From Obrimoposthia wandeli (Eukaryota), in the NCBI GenBank assembly GCA_977020255.1, contig CDROCS010005135.1, positions 186,001 through 250,000 of the forward strand: a stretch of 64,000 bases of DNA, given 5' to 3'. The notes beneath the pieces were generated by a model, which worked only from the letters and a program-made list of their open reading frames with translations, was not told where the DNA came from and ran no database searches. This document shows positions 51,088 to 61,392 of this stretch, in pieces. Position 1 is the stretch's first letter; every line of letters starts with the position of its first letter. A program made the translations under genes and the position numbers.

Positions 51088-52296
51088 TTAGTGACCGTAA
51101 CGGCGTTGCCATTCTTGCTCTATGGCTGTTAACCAACTAGGGTGGGGTTCAGCAATGGGTTGAAACAGTGAAAAACCATGGCTTCCGTTTTCAAGCGACT
51201 CTTCTTTTAATACCGATGGATCGCCCCATATGCTGGTATCAGCTTTACGCGTTTGAGCTTCTGGGCTTAATAAAAAGTTAATGGCAACTTGTGCACCTTC
51301 TTTTGCTGATGAATTCCAAGGTATCGCTAAAAAGTGAATATTAGACAATGCACCTTGCTTGAAAGCATAAGCTTGAGCGGTTTCGGTGAGTGTTCCGTGT
51401 TCAATGGCTGCATTTGCTGCATTAGGGTTGAATGTGAGTGCGAGTAATAATTGTTTGTCATCAAGCAGTTGAATTGTTTCGGTTGTGCCTGATGGGAAGC
51501 GTTTACCTTGCTGCCATGCCACAGGGTGAAGTTGATCAAGATATTGCCATAAAGGAGCAGTAACGTTATTAAAAAGCGTTTTATCTTTTTGAATATCTAG
51601 CGGTTGATAGAGTGCTGGCTTATCGTCTGTTAATTCAATTAAAGCCGCTTTTAAGAAACTACTACCATGAAATTCTGGTGGCTGAGGGTAACTCACTTTA
51701 CCGGGAAAGGCTTTAGCAAGGCTTAATAGCTCTGCAAAACTTTGCGGTGGATTATTTAACGTTTGCTTGTCATGAATAAAGACAAGCTGCCCAACCCCCC
51801 AAGGGGCTTCAAGCCCATCAGTCGGTTCGGTAAAGTCTTCAAAAACAGGTAGCCGTTGATCAACCTTTTCCCAGTTAGGCAGTTGCTCTACGAAAGGGCC
51901 GTACAAAAGATTCCCGAGCTTCATTGAACGGAAATTTTCACCGTTAATCCATACCATATCGACGCTGCCGTCACTATTTTTACCAGCTGTTTTTTCTGCG
52001 ACTAAACGCTGTGTTGTTTCAGCAATATCAGCGACTTTGACATGCTTTAGCGTGACGTTGTAACGAGACTTTATTTCTTTGGCTGCCCAGCGCAAGTAGG
52101 CATTTATTTCTTGGCTTCCCCCCCAAGCATTAAAATAGACTGTTTGTCCGTTGGCTTTACTTTCTACTTGTTGCCACTTCTTTACCATTTCTGATGAATG
52201 AGTACTTGTTTGCTGTTCAGCATGTGCAAAGTTCGAGGTGAAAAAGCCAGAGGCTAACGCGAACGTTAACCCCAGAGCTGTCGTTAATTTTTTCAT
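51088..52296 (-). CDS. ynjB: ABC transporter substrate-binding protein (YnjB-like)
   Basis: Signal peptide; VYFNAWGGS, DMVWINGENF, EAPWG and NIHFLAIP. Confidence 0.85.
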   Translation of the reverse strand: MKKLTTALGLTFALASGFFTSNFAHAEQQTSTHSSEMVKKWQQVESKANGQTVYFNAWGGSQEINAYLRWAAKEIKSRYNVTLKHVKVADIAETTQRLVAEKTAGKNSDGSVDMVWINGENFRSMKLGNLLYGPFVEQLPNWEKVDQRLPVFEDFTEPTDGLEAPWGVGQLVFIHDKQTLNNPPQSFAELLSLAKAFPGKVSYPQPPEFHGSSFLKAALIELTDDKPALYQPLDIQKDKTLFNNVTAPLWQYLDQLHPVAWQQGKRFPSGTTETIQLLDDKQLLLALTFNPNAANAAIEHGTLTETAQAYAFKQGALSNIHFLAIPWNSSAKEGAQVAINFLLSPEAQTRKADTSIWGDPSVLKEESLENGSHGFSLFQPIAEPHPSWLTAIEQEWQRRYGH

Positions 52297-52318
52297 TGCT
52301 CAGAATATCCTTATTCGT

Positions 52319-54538
52319 TTAATGTTGTTCTTTTTTGATCTTAGTTTGTGTGTTTGGTGCTGTAGGCTGCGCTATCTTTTGGCTTTTATCATTACGCATC
52401 CAAGCATGGTATTTCTTTACCCAAGCGAGCAACGCCTGTGGCGCATTGGCTTGTTTCCAAACGCCAGCAGTATATTTATTGGCTTCACTCATCGTAGGGT
52501 AAGGGTGAATAGTACCGAGTATTTTGTTCAAACCTAATCCGTGGCGCATGGCAAGGGTAAATTCAGCTAATAGTTCACCCGCATTATTACCCACAATCGT
52601 GACGCCTAAAATCTTATCTTTACCTTTAGGCGTAATCACTTTTACAAAGCCATAATCTTCACCATCAGTAATGGCACGGTCAAGATCATCGATGCCATAA
52701 CGTGTTACGTCAAATTCAATATTAAGGTTTTCAGCTTCTTTTTCATTAATACCCACCCGAGCGACTTCAGGTGCCGTATAAGTGGCGGCTGGCAGTACAG
52801 AATAATCGGCTTTAAATTTCTTAAACTGCCCAAATAACCCATTAACAGCCGCGTACCATGCTTGGTGAGCGGCGGCATGCGTTAGCTGGAAAGGGCCCGC
52901 TACATCGCCTACAGCGTAAATGTTTGGGTATTTAGTTTGTAGGTAGTCGTTAACATCAACAGTGCCACGTTGCGTGGTTGTAATACCAAGTTCTTCAAGA
53001 CCAAACCCTTGAACGTTTGCTACACGACCTAATGCCAACATAACGGCATCAAATTCAACGATAACTTCTTTGCCGTTGTATTCTAGGTACGCCCGTTGAA
53101 GACGTGTTCCGTCTTCTGCTGTAATAGATTCAAAGCGTGTTGCTTTGTGGTTGAGTTTAATATCAACCCCATCTTTGTGCATGCTCTCTTTAACGAGCAG
53201 AGATGCGTCGGTATCTTCACGAATGAGCAGTTGCTCGGCCATTTCAACCAAGGTAACGTCACTGCCTAAACGGCTAAAGCTTTGGGCGAGTTCGCAACCA
53301 ATAGGGCCACCACCTAATACAAGCAACTTCTTCGGTTGTACTTTTAACGACCAGATAGAATCAGACGTTAGGTAATTAACATCTTGTAAGCCAGGAATAC
53401 CCGGAACAAGTGGACGAGCGCCTGTCGCGATCACAATGTTACGTGTTGTAATACGTTGACCGTTAACCTCAACTTCCCACGGTGACAGAATCTGAGCTTC
53501 GCCCGAAATACAGTTAACACCCAATGACGAGTATCGTTCTACAGAGTCATGCGGTTCAATTTTATCAATCACATTATGAATACGTGACATTACTTTTTCG
53601 AAGTTAACCTGAGGCTTACCGGTCGTAATACCAAACTCATGGGCTCGTGATATTTCAGCCATTGTATGGGCTGCACGAATGATGGCTTTGGAAGGTACAC
53701 ACCCTGTATTAAGGCAATCTCCCCCCATTTTATGGCGTTCAATAAGCGTAACTTCTGCTTTTACAGCGGCTGCAATATAAGAGCTCACTAAACCACCTGC
53801 GCCAGCGCCAATCACCACCATATTTTGGTCGAATTTTTCAGGACGTTTCCAATTGGCGTATACACGACGTTGAGTAATGATATTCATAATGAATTTCGCG
53901 ATTAATGGGAAAAGACCCAGAAGTGCAAGAGAAATCAAAACAGGGGCTGAAATAATGCCGCTTAGTGATTCAATCTCACCAAGTTGTGTACCTGCATTAA
54001 TGTAAACCGCAGTGCCTGCCAACATGCCGAGTTGGCTGACTAAGTAGAACATGCGTGTACTAATCGGGGTTAAACCCATTAGCAAGTTCACCAAAAAAAA
54101 CGGGAATACAGGGATTAAGCGCAGTGTAAATAGATAGAAAGGACCATCTTTTTCTATACCAGCATTGATTGGAGCAATTCTGTTACCGAATTTAGCTTGT
54201 ACCCAATCGCGTAATATAAAACGGCTGAATAAAAATGCTAATGTTGCGCCGATAGTACTTGCGAAAGAGATTAATAATAGACTCCACCAAAAACCAAATA
54301 GAGCGGCACCCAGTAGCGTCATTATTGCAGCACCCGGTAACGATAGGGCCGTAACAATAATGTAAACCGCAAAGTAGACGAAGCTTGATAAAAATGGCTT
54401 TTCGGCAATTGTATCTTGTAGCGCTAATTGCTGTACTTTGGCTTGTTCTAGTGTGAAGTATTGGCTTAGATCAAATGCAAACCAAAACCCGATAAGGCTT
54501 ATTAATGTGACAAGCAATACTACTTTTTTTCTATCCAT
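52319..54538 (-). CDS. Fusion of a TVP38/DedA (VTT) membrane domain and a class I pyridine nucleotide-disulfide oxidoreductase
   Basis: N-terminal FTLRLIPVFPFFLVN VTT motif; then GAGAGG, GGDCLNTGCVPSKA, GGGPIG, AVGDV and IHPYPTMSE. Confidence 0.9.
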   Translation of the reverse strand: MDRKKVVLLVTLISLIGFWFAFDLSQYFTLEQAKVQQLALQDTIAEKPFLSSFVYFAVYIIVTALSLPGAAIMTLLGAALFGFWWSLLLISFASTIGATLAFLFSRFILRDWVQAKFGNRIAPINAGIEKDGPFYLFTLRLIPVFPFFLVNLLMGLTPISTRMFYLVSQLGMLAGTAVYINAGTQLGEIESLSGIISAPVLISLALLGLFPLIAKFIMNIITQRRVYANWKRPEKFDQNMVVIGAGAGGLVSSYIAAAVKAEVTLIERHKMGGDCLNTGCVPSKAIIRAAHTMAEISRAHEFGITTGKPQVNFEKVMSRIHNVIDKIEPHDSVERYSSLGVNCISGEAQILSPWEVEVNGQRITTRNIVIATGARPLVPGIPGLQDVNYLTSDSIWSLKVQPKKLLVLGGGPIGCELAQSFSRLGSDVTLVEMAEQLLIREDTDASLLVKESMHKDGVDIKLNHKATRFESITAEDGTRLQRAYLEYNGKEVIVEFDAVMLALGRVANVQGFGLEELGITTTQRGTVDVNDYLQTKYPNIYAVGDVAGPFQLTHAAAHQAWYAAVNGLFGQFKKFKADYSVLPAATYTAPEVARVGINEKEAENLNIEFDVTRYGIDDLDRAITDGEDYGFVKVITPKGKDKILGVTIVGNNAGELLAEFTLAMRHGLGLNKILGTIHPYPTMSEANKYTAGVWKQANAPQALLAWVKKYHAWMRNDKSQKIAQPTAPNTQTKIKKEQH

Positions 54539-54546
54539 GAAACACC

Positions 54547-55146
54547 TCAGCTGTTTGAGTCACGTTCATTTTGTGTCGACGTTGACGGTGTGTTGCTATC
54601 ATCCATTTGTATTGGTAATGAGCAAAAGCCTTGCGCTGGTACATCGAGTGCGGTATTGAACTTTGCCGATAAATTTTGGAAAGCCACTAAGGCTGTTAAT
54701 TCAACAATAGTATCTTCATCAAATGATTGCTTTAAACCATTAAGCATCTCTTCAGTAACTTTTTGACCTGTGATCGTCATCGCTTCAACGTAAGTAAGCA
54801 CAGTACGTTCTTGCTCAGAAAATAGATCGCTGTGTTGCCACTGTGCTAGTGCTTTGATTTTATCAACCGAGTCACAGCGTTCGGCAAGCTTCATTCCATT
54901 AGCATCAACACAGAAGGCGCAGTCATTTAATTGTGAAACGCGCACGCAGACTAATGAACGAATAACGGGAGTAATAGGGGATGATTTACGATCTAGAACG
55001 CCGAAGAAACCTGCGACGAGCCAAAAAAGTGCCGGCTTGCGTCCCCAAAGTAGGGCAGGCTTTAATACTTCACCATAATGACGCTTTTGAAGCCAAAGTA
55101 GTGGCTTGATGAGAAATGAGTAATTTTTCTTGGTTGAAATACGCAC
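54547..55146 (-). CDS. Carboxymuconolactone decarboxylase / AhpD-like protein (YnjA-like)
   Basis: VRVSQLNDCAFCVD CxxC motif; ELTALVAFQNLSAKFN. Confidence 0.85.
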   Translation of the reverse strand: MRISTKKNYSFLIKPLLWLQKRHYGEVLKPALLWGRKPALFWLVAGFFGVLDRKSSPITPVIRSLVCVRVSQLNDCAFCVDANGMKLAERCDSVDKIKALAQWQHSDLFSEQERTVLTYVEAMTITGQKVTEEMLNGLKQSFDEDTIVELTALVAFQNLSAKFNTALDVPAQGFCSLPIQMDDSNTPSTSTQNERDSNS

Positions 55147-55256
55147 TAGTGTCCCTTATCAAAGTTGTAAATATGGTTTTTATACCAAACTAACAACAAA
55201 GACCGAGAACCCTACGAAAATATTTCAATAAATGCTAAAAATATCTTAAAAAACGT

Positions 55257-55649
55257 TTAGTTGATGGAAATTTCAACATATTGGGTTTTAACTTGCTGAG
55301 CAACACGAGGCGAGTTCTGATCGGTTGCGAGTAGATAACCACACGCTAAAATTGGAATTAACGCTAAAAGCATTGTCTTTCCAATATGGTAATTTCGATA
55401 CCAATATTTCTTTGCTCTAACCTTTAGCAATAAGCCCCAAATAAGCAATATAAGATTAAAGGCGCCAACAATTGTTAGCGTTTCATTTAGAAGGTAAGCA
55501 GGAGCAAGGTCACTGTATACCAGATAGAATATGCCTAAAGGTGGTATAAGGCTGATAAAAACAAAAAAGCGTAGCAGCTTTGGCCACTTACAAAACTTAT
55601 CTTTAAACATGTGGCCTTCTTGCCCTGTAAAGGGATTTGCACAAGACAT
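55257..55649 (-). CDS. Hypothetical membrane protein
   Basis: Three hydrophobic segments; fills the gap upstream of the AhpD-like gene. Start uncertain (possibly 55610). Confidence 0.6.
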   Translation of the reverse strand: MSCANPFTGQEGHMFKDKFCKWPKLLRFFVFISLIPPLGIFYLVYSDLAPAYLLNETLTIVGAFNLILLIWGLLLKVRAKKYWYRNYHIGKTMLLALIPILACGYLLATDQNSPRVAQQVKTQYVEISIN

Positions 55650-56067
55650 AGTGTTTCTCAGTGTTATAGATGAATAATGTTGAGTGTCAGCGCTGATTGT
55701 ATGTGTATTTTTATTAACCGATACAACGCATTTATTCTGATAGACTGCTCAGTAATTTTACAAGCATCTGTACTGAATGAAAACCTGTAGCTGCTTTTAT
55801 GAGCAGCTTTGTGAGTCGCTTCAATGTTTGTGATTTATTGACTTAATTTTGACGTAGGTAATGCCGTCTTAGATGTGACATTCGCTGGGTTTAGCACTTT
55901 TTTGAAACAAGGGCTTACAAAGAATATGAGTTATGTTGGTATGCAGTTGATTTCAATTTAAAAGGTGGGAATGTTAATTAGAGAATAAAAAATAAAGGGT
56001 ATTTTATAGCCATAAAAAAGAGGCGTAAACGCCCCTTTTAGTATCATTACAATAAAGTATATCTATA

Positions 56068-56658
56068 TTAAGACAATGCAGATAACAATTCAGTACGACG
56101 CTGCTCTGTAATTACAGACCAGTGTTGCCCACTTATTGCCCCTTCTAATGCCCATAATAATTCAATACTTAATGAATTCTGATGATTATCTTGCAAAGCA
56201 CGATACGCTCTAAGCGCCCCTGCATCAAAAAGATCGTCAATCGTACATATGCCTGCTTTTTTTAACATACGTTCATTAGCTAAACGTAAGTTTGGAAGGT
56301 CTTTAATACGATTCGGACCAGTGTTACTTTTGGCCTCTTTATCTTTTTCAGCAGCGGTCAAAGACCCTTGAGCTTGCAAAATTATTTTGGTTGTATCATT
56401 CCACCACTCATCAGGAATGGCGTAGTGTTTAGTGACAACCGGAAACCCACGCTTTTTATAAACGTATGGCTCTAGCCCCGATTTTTTAAATTCTTCTTCA
56501 TTATCAGCATTCGCACGAAGGTGAAGTTTATCGTTTACTACAAGAGCAAACATTGTTTCACCCGCAAAAATACCAAAGCCACCAAACATTGAGCGTGATT
56601 TAACACTCTCAAAACAATCAAATATTTTTAATGCGTTTTTTAGTATTGGTTTATCCAT
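56068..56658 (-). CDS. tfoY: TfoX-family regulator, TfoY type
   Basis: MDKPILK...KSRSMFGGFGIF...YVYKKRGFPVVTK...KDLPNLRLA...LWALEGAI; carries a c-di-GMP riboswitch and neighbours purR, as V. cholerae tfoY does. Confidence 0.88.
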   Translation of the reverse strand: MDKPILKNALKIFDCFESVKSRSMFGGFGIFAGETMFALVVNDKLHLRANADNEEEFKKSGLEPYVYKKRGFPVVTKHYAIPDEWWNDTTKIILQAQGSLTAAEKDKEAKSNTGPNRIKDLPNLRLANERMLKKAGICTIDDLFDAGALRAYRALQDNHQNSLSIELLWALEGAISGQHWSVITEQRRTELLSALS

Positions 56659-56776
56659 GCTTCTTCTCGGTGATATGCCATGAGTCACCTAACATCAGAG
56701 CGAGGAATCCAAATTATCAAACTACAGATAATTTGTGTCAAAAGTATGTAAAATTTATGACAAAACTTTTTTTAAT

Positions 56777-56888
56777 CCATCGGCAACCCCGCTACCATGA
56801 GGTTTATTATTTAAGACACAAATAATACCTTTTAGGTCGGAAGCTTTGCGTCCTATTCTTTCGAATAGTTTGCCTTGTTTCGTGACAT
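56777..56888 (-). ncRNA. c-di-GMP-I (GEMM, Vc2-like) riboswitch
   Basis: The minus strand reads TGTCACGAAACAAGGCAAACTATTCGAAAGAATAGGACGCAAAGCTTCCGACCTAAA...GGTAGCGGGGTTGCCGATGG. Confidence 0.93.
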
Positions 56889-57105
56889 AACAATTGTAAC
56901 GTAGATAGTGAGTTTGTTCTCGTTTGGAAACTTTGTAAATGTGATGTTGCTTCAGTACATTATTTCATTTTTATGAACAAAAAGCACTTGATTCAGATTG
57001 TAACCTTCTTTTTATAGAGATTATTTTTATTAAAAAAAAACCGACAAGTATTAACTTATCGGTTTATTATGCATCAAGTATCACTTTTTATTATGTGGTT
57101 TATTT

Positions 57106-58110
57106 TTAATTTAAGTCTTTGACAGACTTACGAATCACCAATTCTGGGTTCATTTCAAAAATACGACGTTCATGATTTTTATCTTTCACTCGTTCCATCA
57201 AAATCTCAATGGCAGTCTTACCTAAACGTCGTTTTGGTTGGTGGATCGTCGTTAATGGTGGTGAAAAATACGGCGCTAAGTCAATATTATCGTAACCAAT
57301 AACAGATATGTCATCTGGAACACGCACTCCAGCTTGTTCAAATGTACTAATTAATGCCATTGCCATGATGTCGTTGAAACAAAAAATAGCAGTTGGACGA
57401 TCTTTCATTGCGATGTACTGATTTGCGGCTTCAACGGCAGACTCGCACTCAAAATCACCATCAATAATCCAGTTGTTATTAACAGTGATGTTTGCTTCAG
57501 CCATTGCTTTATTGAAGCCTTTTAAGCGTTCACGACACGTAGATTTTTCGCTATGACCAGACAGGCAGCCAATCTTTTCGTGACCATTAGCAATAAAGTG
57601 CTTGGTCGCTACATAGCCACCTTGTTCAGCATTGTCTTGAATCTTATCTGTTAGCGGACTTTCTGGGCCCCAATCCATGATTACCATTGGTAAATCACTT
57701 TTCCGAGCAAGTAAATCGAGCAAGTCTTGATCAAGATCTGAACACATTACGAGCAAGCCATCTACACGCTTTTCAGCAAGCATGCGTAGGTAATCTCGTT
57801 GTTTAACAAGATTACCTTCAGTATTACAAAGGATCAGTGTGTAACCAGCGCCATAGCAATACTCTTCAACACCATGAATCACTTCTGCGAAAAATGGGTT
57901 AGTTGACTTTGTGACCAACATTCCGATGGTTCTTGTTGTGTTACATTTCAAGCTTCGTGCTACAGCACTTGGTGCGTAGTTAAGGTCATCTACTGCAGCC
58001 AATACTTTTTTCTGAGTTGCTTCTGCCACAAAGCGGGTTTTGTTTATCACGTGAGAGACAGTTGTGGTCGACACACCAGCCATACGTGCAACATCTTTAA
58101 TCGTTGCCAT
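57106..58110 (-). CDS. purR: Purine repressor PurR
   Basis: [54 protein letters not shown] and [11 protein letters not shown]. Confidence 0.92.
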   Translation of the reverse strand: MATIKDVARMAGVSTTTVSHVINKTRFVAEATQKKVLAAVDDLNYAPSAVARSLKCNTTRTIGMLVTKSTNPFFAEVIHGVEEYCYGAGYTLILCNTEGNLVKQRDYLRMLAEKRVDGLLVMCSDLDQDLLDLLARKSDLPMVIMDWGPESPLTDKIQDNAEQGGYVATKHFIANGHEKIGCLSGHSEKSTCRERLKGFNKAMAEANITVNNNWIIDGDFECESAVEAANQYIAMKDRPTAIFCFNDIMAMALISTFEQAGVRVPDDISVIGYDNIDLAPYFSPPLTTIHQPKRRLGKTAIEILMERVKDKNHERRIFEMNPELVIRKSVKDLN

Positions 58111-58518
58111 ATTTATTCTTCTAATAATTGTAGTCAGAGATCTGAATGCTACTTGAGCAGTACCAAATTGAATAAGTAGAAAGAGATTGTCTGGCTATTT
58201 ATTCAATTTGGTACTTAAACGTAAAAAAGCCGCATCTTAAAACTCGCGGCTTCATCATAAAATTTGTATGTTACATTATTTAATCGCTTGCGCTCACATT
58301 TTACTGAGTGTAGCGCACAGTGCAACTTTTCTGGCTCTCAAGAATAAATTACTTGATAGGTATCAACAAAATTAATGCAATTTCAACAGGTATGCATGGT
58401 AATAACCGTTTTTTTATAAATGCCCATTATGAGTTTATTTGTATATATGCTGTTTACGGTTGGTAACGATCAATAGCGGCGATCTGAAATGTAAGTGATT
58501 AAATTGTGTAGAGCCTAA

Positions 58519-58575
58519 AATACCTAAGTTACCTCACTGTCGCTGAAACGAGCACCGTAAGGTAACTTAAATATA
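58519..58575. repeat. Family B element, degenerate copy
   Basis: AATACCTAAGTTACCTCA...CGCTGAAACGAGCACC...AGGTAACTTAAATATA; shares its core with 46279-46345. Confidence 0.65.
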
Positions 58576-58621
58576 TGATGTATGATATTCCGTTTTTATA
58601 ATTACGGCTTAATGCGACACA

Positions 58622-59455
58622 CTAGTGCGATAAAATAACAGGAAAATCGCCTGTTGGGTGGTGGGATACACACACAGGCCAACCGTACACTCGTTCAATA
58701 ATATTCGGTTGTAATGCTTGCCACGCTGTACCATCTGCTTGTATTAAGCCGTGATTAACGATAACTAAGCGATCTGCATATTGTGCTGCAAGGTTTAAAT
58801 CGTGTAACACAATGATAACCGCCGCGCCATTACTGGCTAATTCTTTAGCGACTTGTAAGGTTCTATGCTGATGAGCTAAATCGAGCGCAGAGGTGGGTTC
58901 ATCAAGCATTAAGACGCACTGATCACCTGCTTGGCTCAGTTGAGTCAGAATACGGGCAAAATGTACGCGTTGTTTTTCTCCGCCTGATAGGGAAGGGTAA
59001 AGGCGGTGGCCTAAATCACAGATGTCGACAAGGGCCATTTTTTCTTGAGTAATCTGTTGTGTTTGTATATTACTTAACTCTAGTGGCAATCCGCCAAGTT
59101 CAACGACTTCATGGGCTAAAAAAGCAAAATTTAGCGTACTGTGCTGGGGCAATACACCAAGGTGTTTGGCAAGTGTTTTAGCCGACCATTGTGTTCTGTT
59201 TTGTCCAAAAAATTCGATGTTTCCCGTGGCTTCTATTTCACCGCACAATACTTTTAATAAGCTACTTTTCCCTGCGCCATTCGGCCCAAGTAATGCAGTA
59301 ACTTCACCAGCATAGATATCAATGTTAAAGTTATCAAGCAGGGTTTTTCCTCCTAAAATGAGGTTTAAACCTTGGGCGCGAATGGCCACTTTTTTATTAT
59401 TTACTTGATTGTTTATTAATGGCTCTAGGTTATTAGATTGCGGGCCAAAAATCAT
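58622..59455 (-). CDS. hutD: Heme ABC transporter ATP-binding protein (HutD/HmuV)
   Basis: GPNGAGKS, LSGGEKQRVHFARIL and LDEPTSALDLAHQH. Confidence 0.9.
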   Translation of the reverse strand: MIFGPQSNNLEPLINNQVNNKKVAIRAQGLNLILGGKTLLDNFNIDIYAGEVTALLGPNGAGKSSLLKVLCGEIEATGNIEFFGQNRTQWSAKTLAKHLGVLPQHSTLNFAFLAHEVVELGGLPLELSNIQTQQITQEKMALVDICDLGHRLYPSLSGGEKQRVHFARILTQLSQAGDQCVLMLDEPTSALDLAHQHRTLQVAKELASNGAAVIIVLHDLNLAAQYADRLVIVNHGLIQADGTAWQALQPNIIERVYGWPVCVSHHPTGDFPVILSH

Positions 59456-60504
59456 GACATTCTACCTTTTTGCTTAACAAGTAAGAGGATAAAAAATGGT
59501 GCACCTAAAATGGCAGTAACAATACCGACAGGAAGCTCTAAAGGCGCGAGCACTACACGCGCAATCATATCTGCAATTAATAGAATCAAAGCGCCTAATA
59601 ATGCAGAGATAGGAAGTAATGTTTTGTGATTTGGTCCTGAAAGCATTCGGCCTAAATGGGGAATAACCAGACCAACAAAACCAATGATGCCGGTTAGAGA
59701 AACGGTAACGCCAACGCCGGCTGCACATAATAAAATAAGGCGGCGTTTAAGCATCTGTACATTCACCCCCATATGTTTGGCTTCTGCTTCACCTAGCAAA
59801 AAAGCATTTAGCGCATTCGCATCACGACAAAATAGCCAAAGCAAAATAACTAAAGAAGTAAATGCTAAGGCAATGCCAGACCATGTTGCACCCGCTAATG
59901 ATCCCATCGACCATAATGATAAGTCGCGTAATGCTTGATCATCGGCGATGAAATTCATAAAACCAAGGGCGGCACCAGAAAGTGCTCCAATTGCCACACC
60001 CGCAAGCAGCATAATGGTGACTGATGTACCGTTCTTATCTGTTCCAAGGTAATAAACAAAGAATGTGCTTAATGCGCCGCCTATGAAAGCGAATACAGGC
60101 ACAGTACCAAGTGTCAAAATAAGTGGGTAATTGACAACAAGAGGTGCGAAGAAAACAACAGCAATTGCCGCACCTAATGCCGCACCGCCTGAAACCCCAA
60201 TAATGCCAGGATCAGCCAAAGGGTTTCTAAACAACCCCTGCATTACAGCACCACACAATGCCAAAATGGCACCAATAGCGATGGCTAATAATGTGCGTGG
60301 TAAGCGTATTTGATGAATCACTAATTGTATGTGAGTGGGTAAATCTGTTACCCACGGTATCAGTGCTTTAATACTGTCGGAGAAACTGATGTCCATTGGT
60401 CCGATAACAATGGATGAAGTGATAGCCAAAAATAATAATCCAATCCCTAAAGGAAAGAGTGTTTCAATGGGTAAACGTTGAAGCTGCATACGTCTTGATT
60501 GCAT
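59452..60504 (-). CDS. hutC: Heme ABC transporter permease (HutC/HmuU)
   Basis: IRLPR, FRNPLADPGIIG and GFVGLVIPH. Confidence 0.9.
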   Translation of the reverse strand: MQSRRMQLQRLPIETLFPLGIGLLFLAITSSIVIGPMDISFSDSIKALIPWVTDLPTHIQLVIHQIRLPRTLLAIAIGAILALCGAVMQGLFRNPLADPGIIGVSGGAALGAAIAVVFFAPLVVNYPLILTLGTVPVFAFIGGALSTFFVYYLGTDKNGTSVTIMLLAGVAIGALSGAALGFMNFIADDQALRDLSLWSMGSLAGATWSGIALAFTSLVILLWLFCRDANALNAFLLGEAEAKHMGVNVQMLKRRLILLCAAGVGVTVSLTGIIGFVGLVIPHLGRMLSGPNHKTLLPISALLGALILLIADMIARVVLAPLELPVGIVTAILGAPFFILLLVKQKGRMS

Positions 60505-60522
60505 GTGATGTGTAACCCTTAC

Positions 60523-61392
60523 TTAATCTTGATAGAAAACTGTATTTAAACGTTCAGCTTCATCAATACTCTTCAGACCTAAGCCTCCAATTAGCGCAGT
60601 ACCATCGATAGTTGCCAGTGCTTTATTTTTACCTGCTGGTGTTGCTGCTAGTAGAGGCATTTTTTTCAGCAAGTCATCGATTGTGCCAATCGAGCTTAAC
60701 GTTCGGCTGCTTAATAAGATGATGTCTGGTTGCATCTGTACTATCGCTTCGGCAGAGATAGGCTTGTACGATTCAACAGTACTCGCGGCAGGGTTAATTG
60801 CACCGGCTAATGTGATTACTGTGTCTGCGGTGGTATTACGCCCGGCGACATTTGCAGGTCGTCCATCATGAATCATTAAGAACAACACTTTTTTAGGGGT
60901 AGTTTGTGTAAGTAAGTGCGTTTGTATCGCCTCGACTTTTTTGCTTACTTCCGCTTTTAATGATGCCGCTGCTGGTGTTTTATTGGTTAAAGCTGCGACC
61001 TCATCAATACGTTCCAATAGGTCTTTTACTGTTTCGCCAGAGTTGACGACATCAACATCAATTCCACCTTGCTTAAGCAATTTTAACGTACTGCTTGGTC
61101 CCATTTCATTTGAACCAATAATGCGATCTGGCGTTAAAGACATTAGACTTTCTGCGGATAATTGTCGGTGATAACCCACTAATGGGTAAGCGCCTTTAAC
61201 CAAGGTTTTACTGGTTAGATCGACAGCAACTAACTGGCTTTCAGCATTTAGTGCATAGATGATTTCAGTAATTGCCGCTCCGGCGCTAATAATGCGTTCG
61301 CTTGCCGATGATGAACCGCTAGAGAAAATCAATGTGCTAGCTAAGACGGCGAGTTTCATCATATTCATTTTTTTGTTCATGCTCTTTTCCAT
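60523..61392 (-). CDS. hutB: Periplasmic heme-binding protein (HutB/HmuT)
   Basis: ERIISAG, LVAVDLTS, VGYHRQLSAE and YKPISAEA. Confidence 0.9.
   Translation of the reverse strand: MEKSMNKKMNMMKLAVLASTLIFSSGSSSASERIISAGAAITEIIYALNAESQLVAVDLTSKTLVKGAYPLVGYHRQLSAESLMSLTPDRIIGSNEMGPSSTLKLLKQGGIDVDVVNSGETVKDLLERIDEVAALTNKTPAAASLKAEVSKKVEAIQTHLLTQTTPKKVLFLMIHDGRPANVAGRNTTADTVITLAGAINPAASTVESYKPISAEAIVQMQPDIILLSSRTLSSIGTIDDLLKKMPLLAATPAGKNKALATIDGTALIGGLGLKSIDEAERLNTVFYQD

Noticed and set aside
52319-54538. Calling the oxidoreductase merA or lpdA
   Set aside because: No C-terminal Cys-Cys pair, HMA domain or mer genes, and no 2-oxoacid dehydrogenase context; it has an N-terminal VTT domain instead.
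56068-56658. Calling this gene tfoX (competence activator)
   Set aside because: The sequence (MDKP..., YVYKKRGFPVVTK), the c-di-GMP riboswitch and the purR neighbourhood fit the paralogue tfoY.
58277-58296. Possible PurR autoregulatory box (GCGCAAGCGATTAA on the minus strand)
   Set aside because: Only one half matches the PurR consensus.
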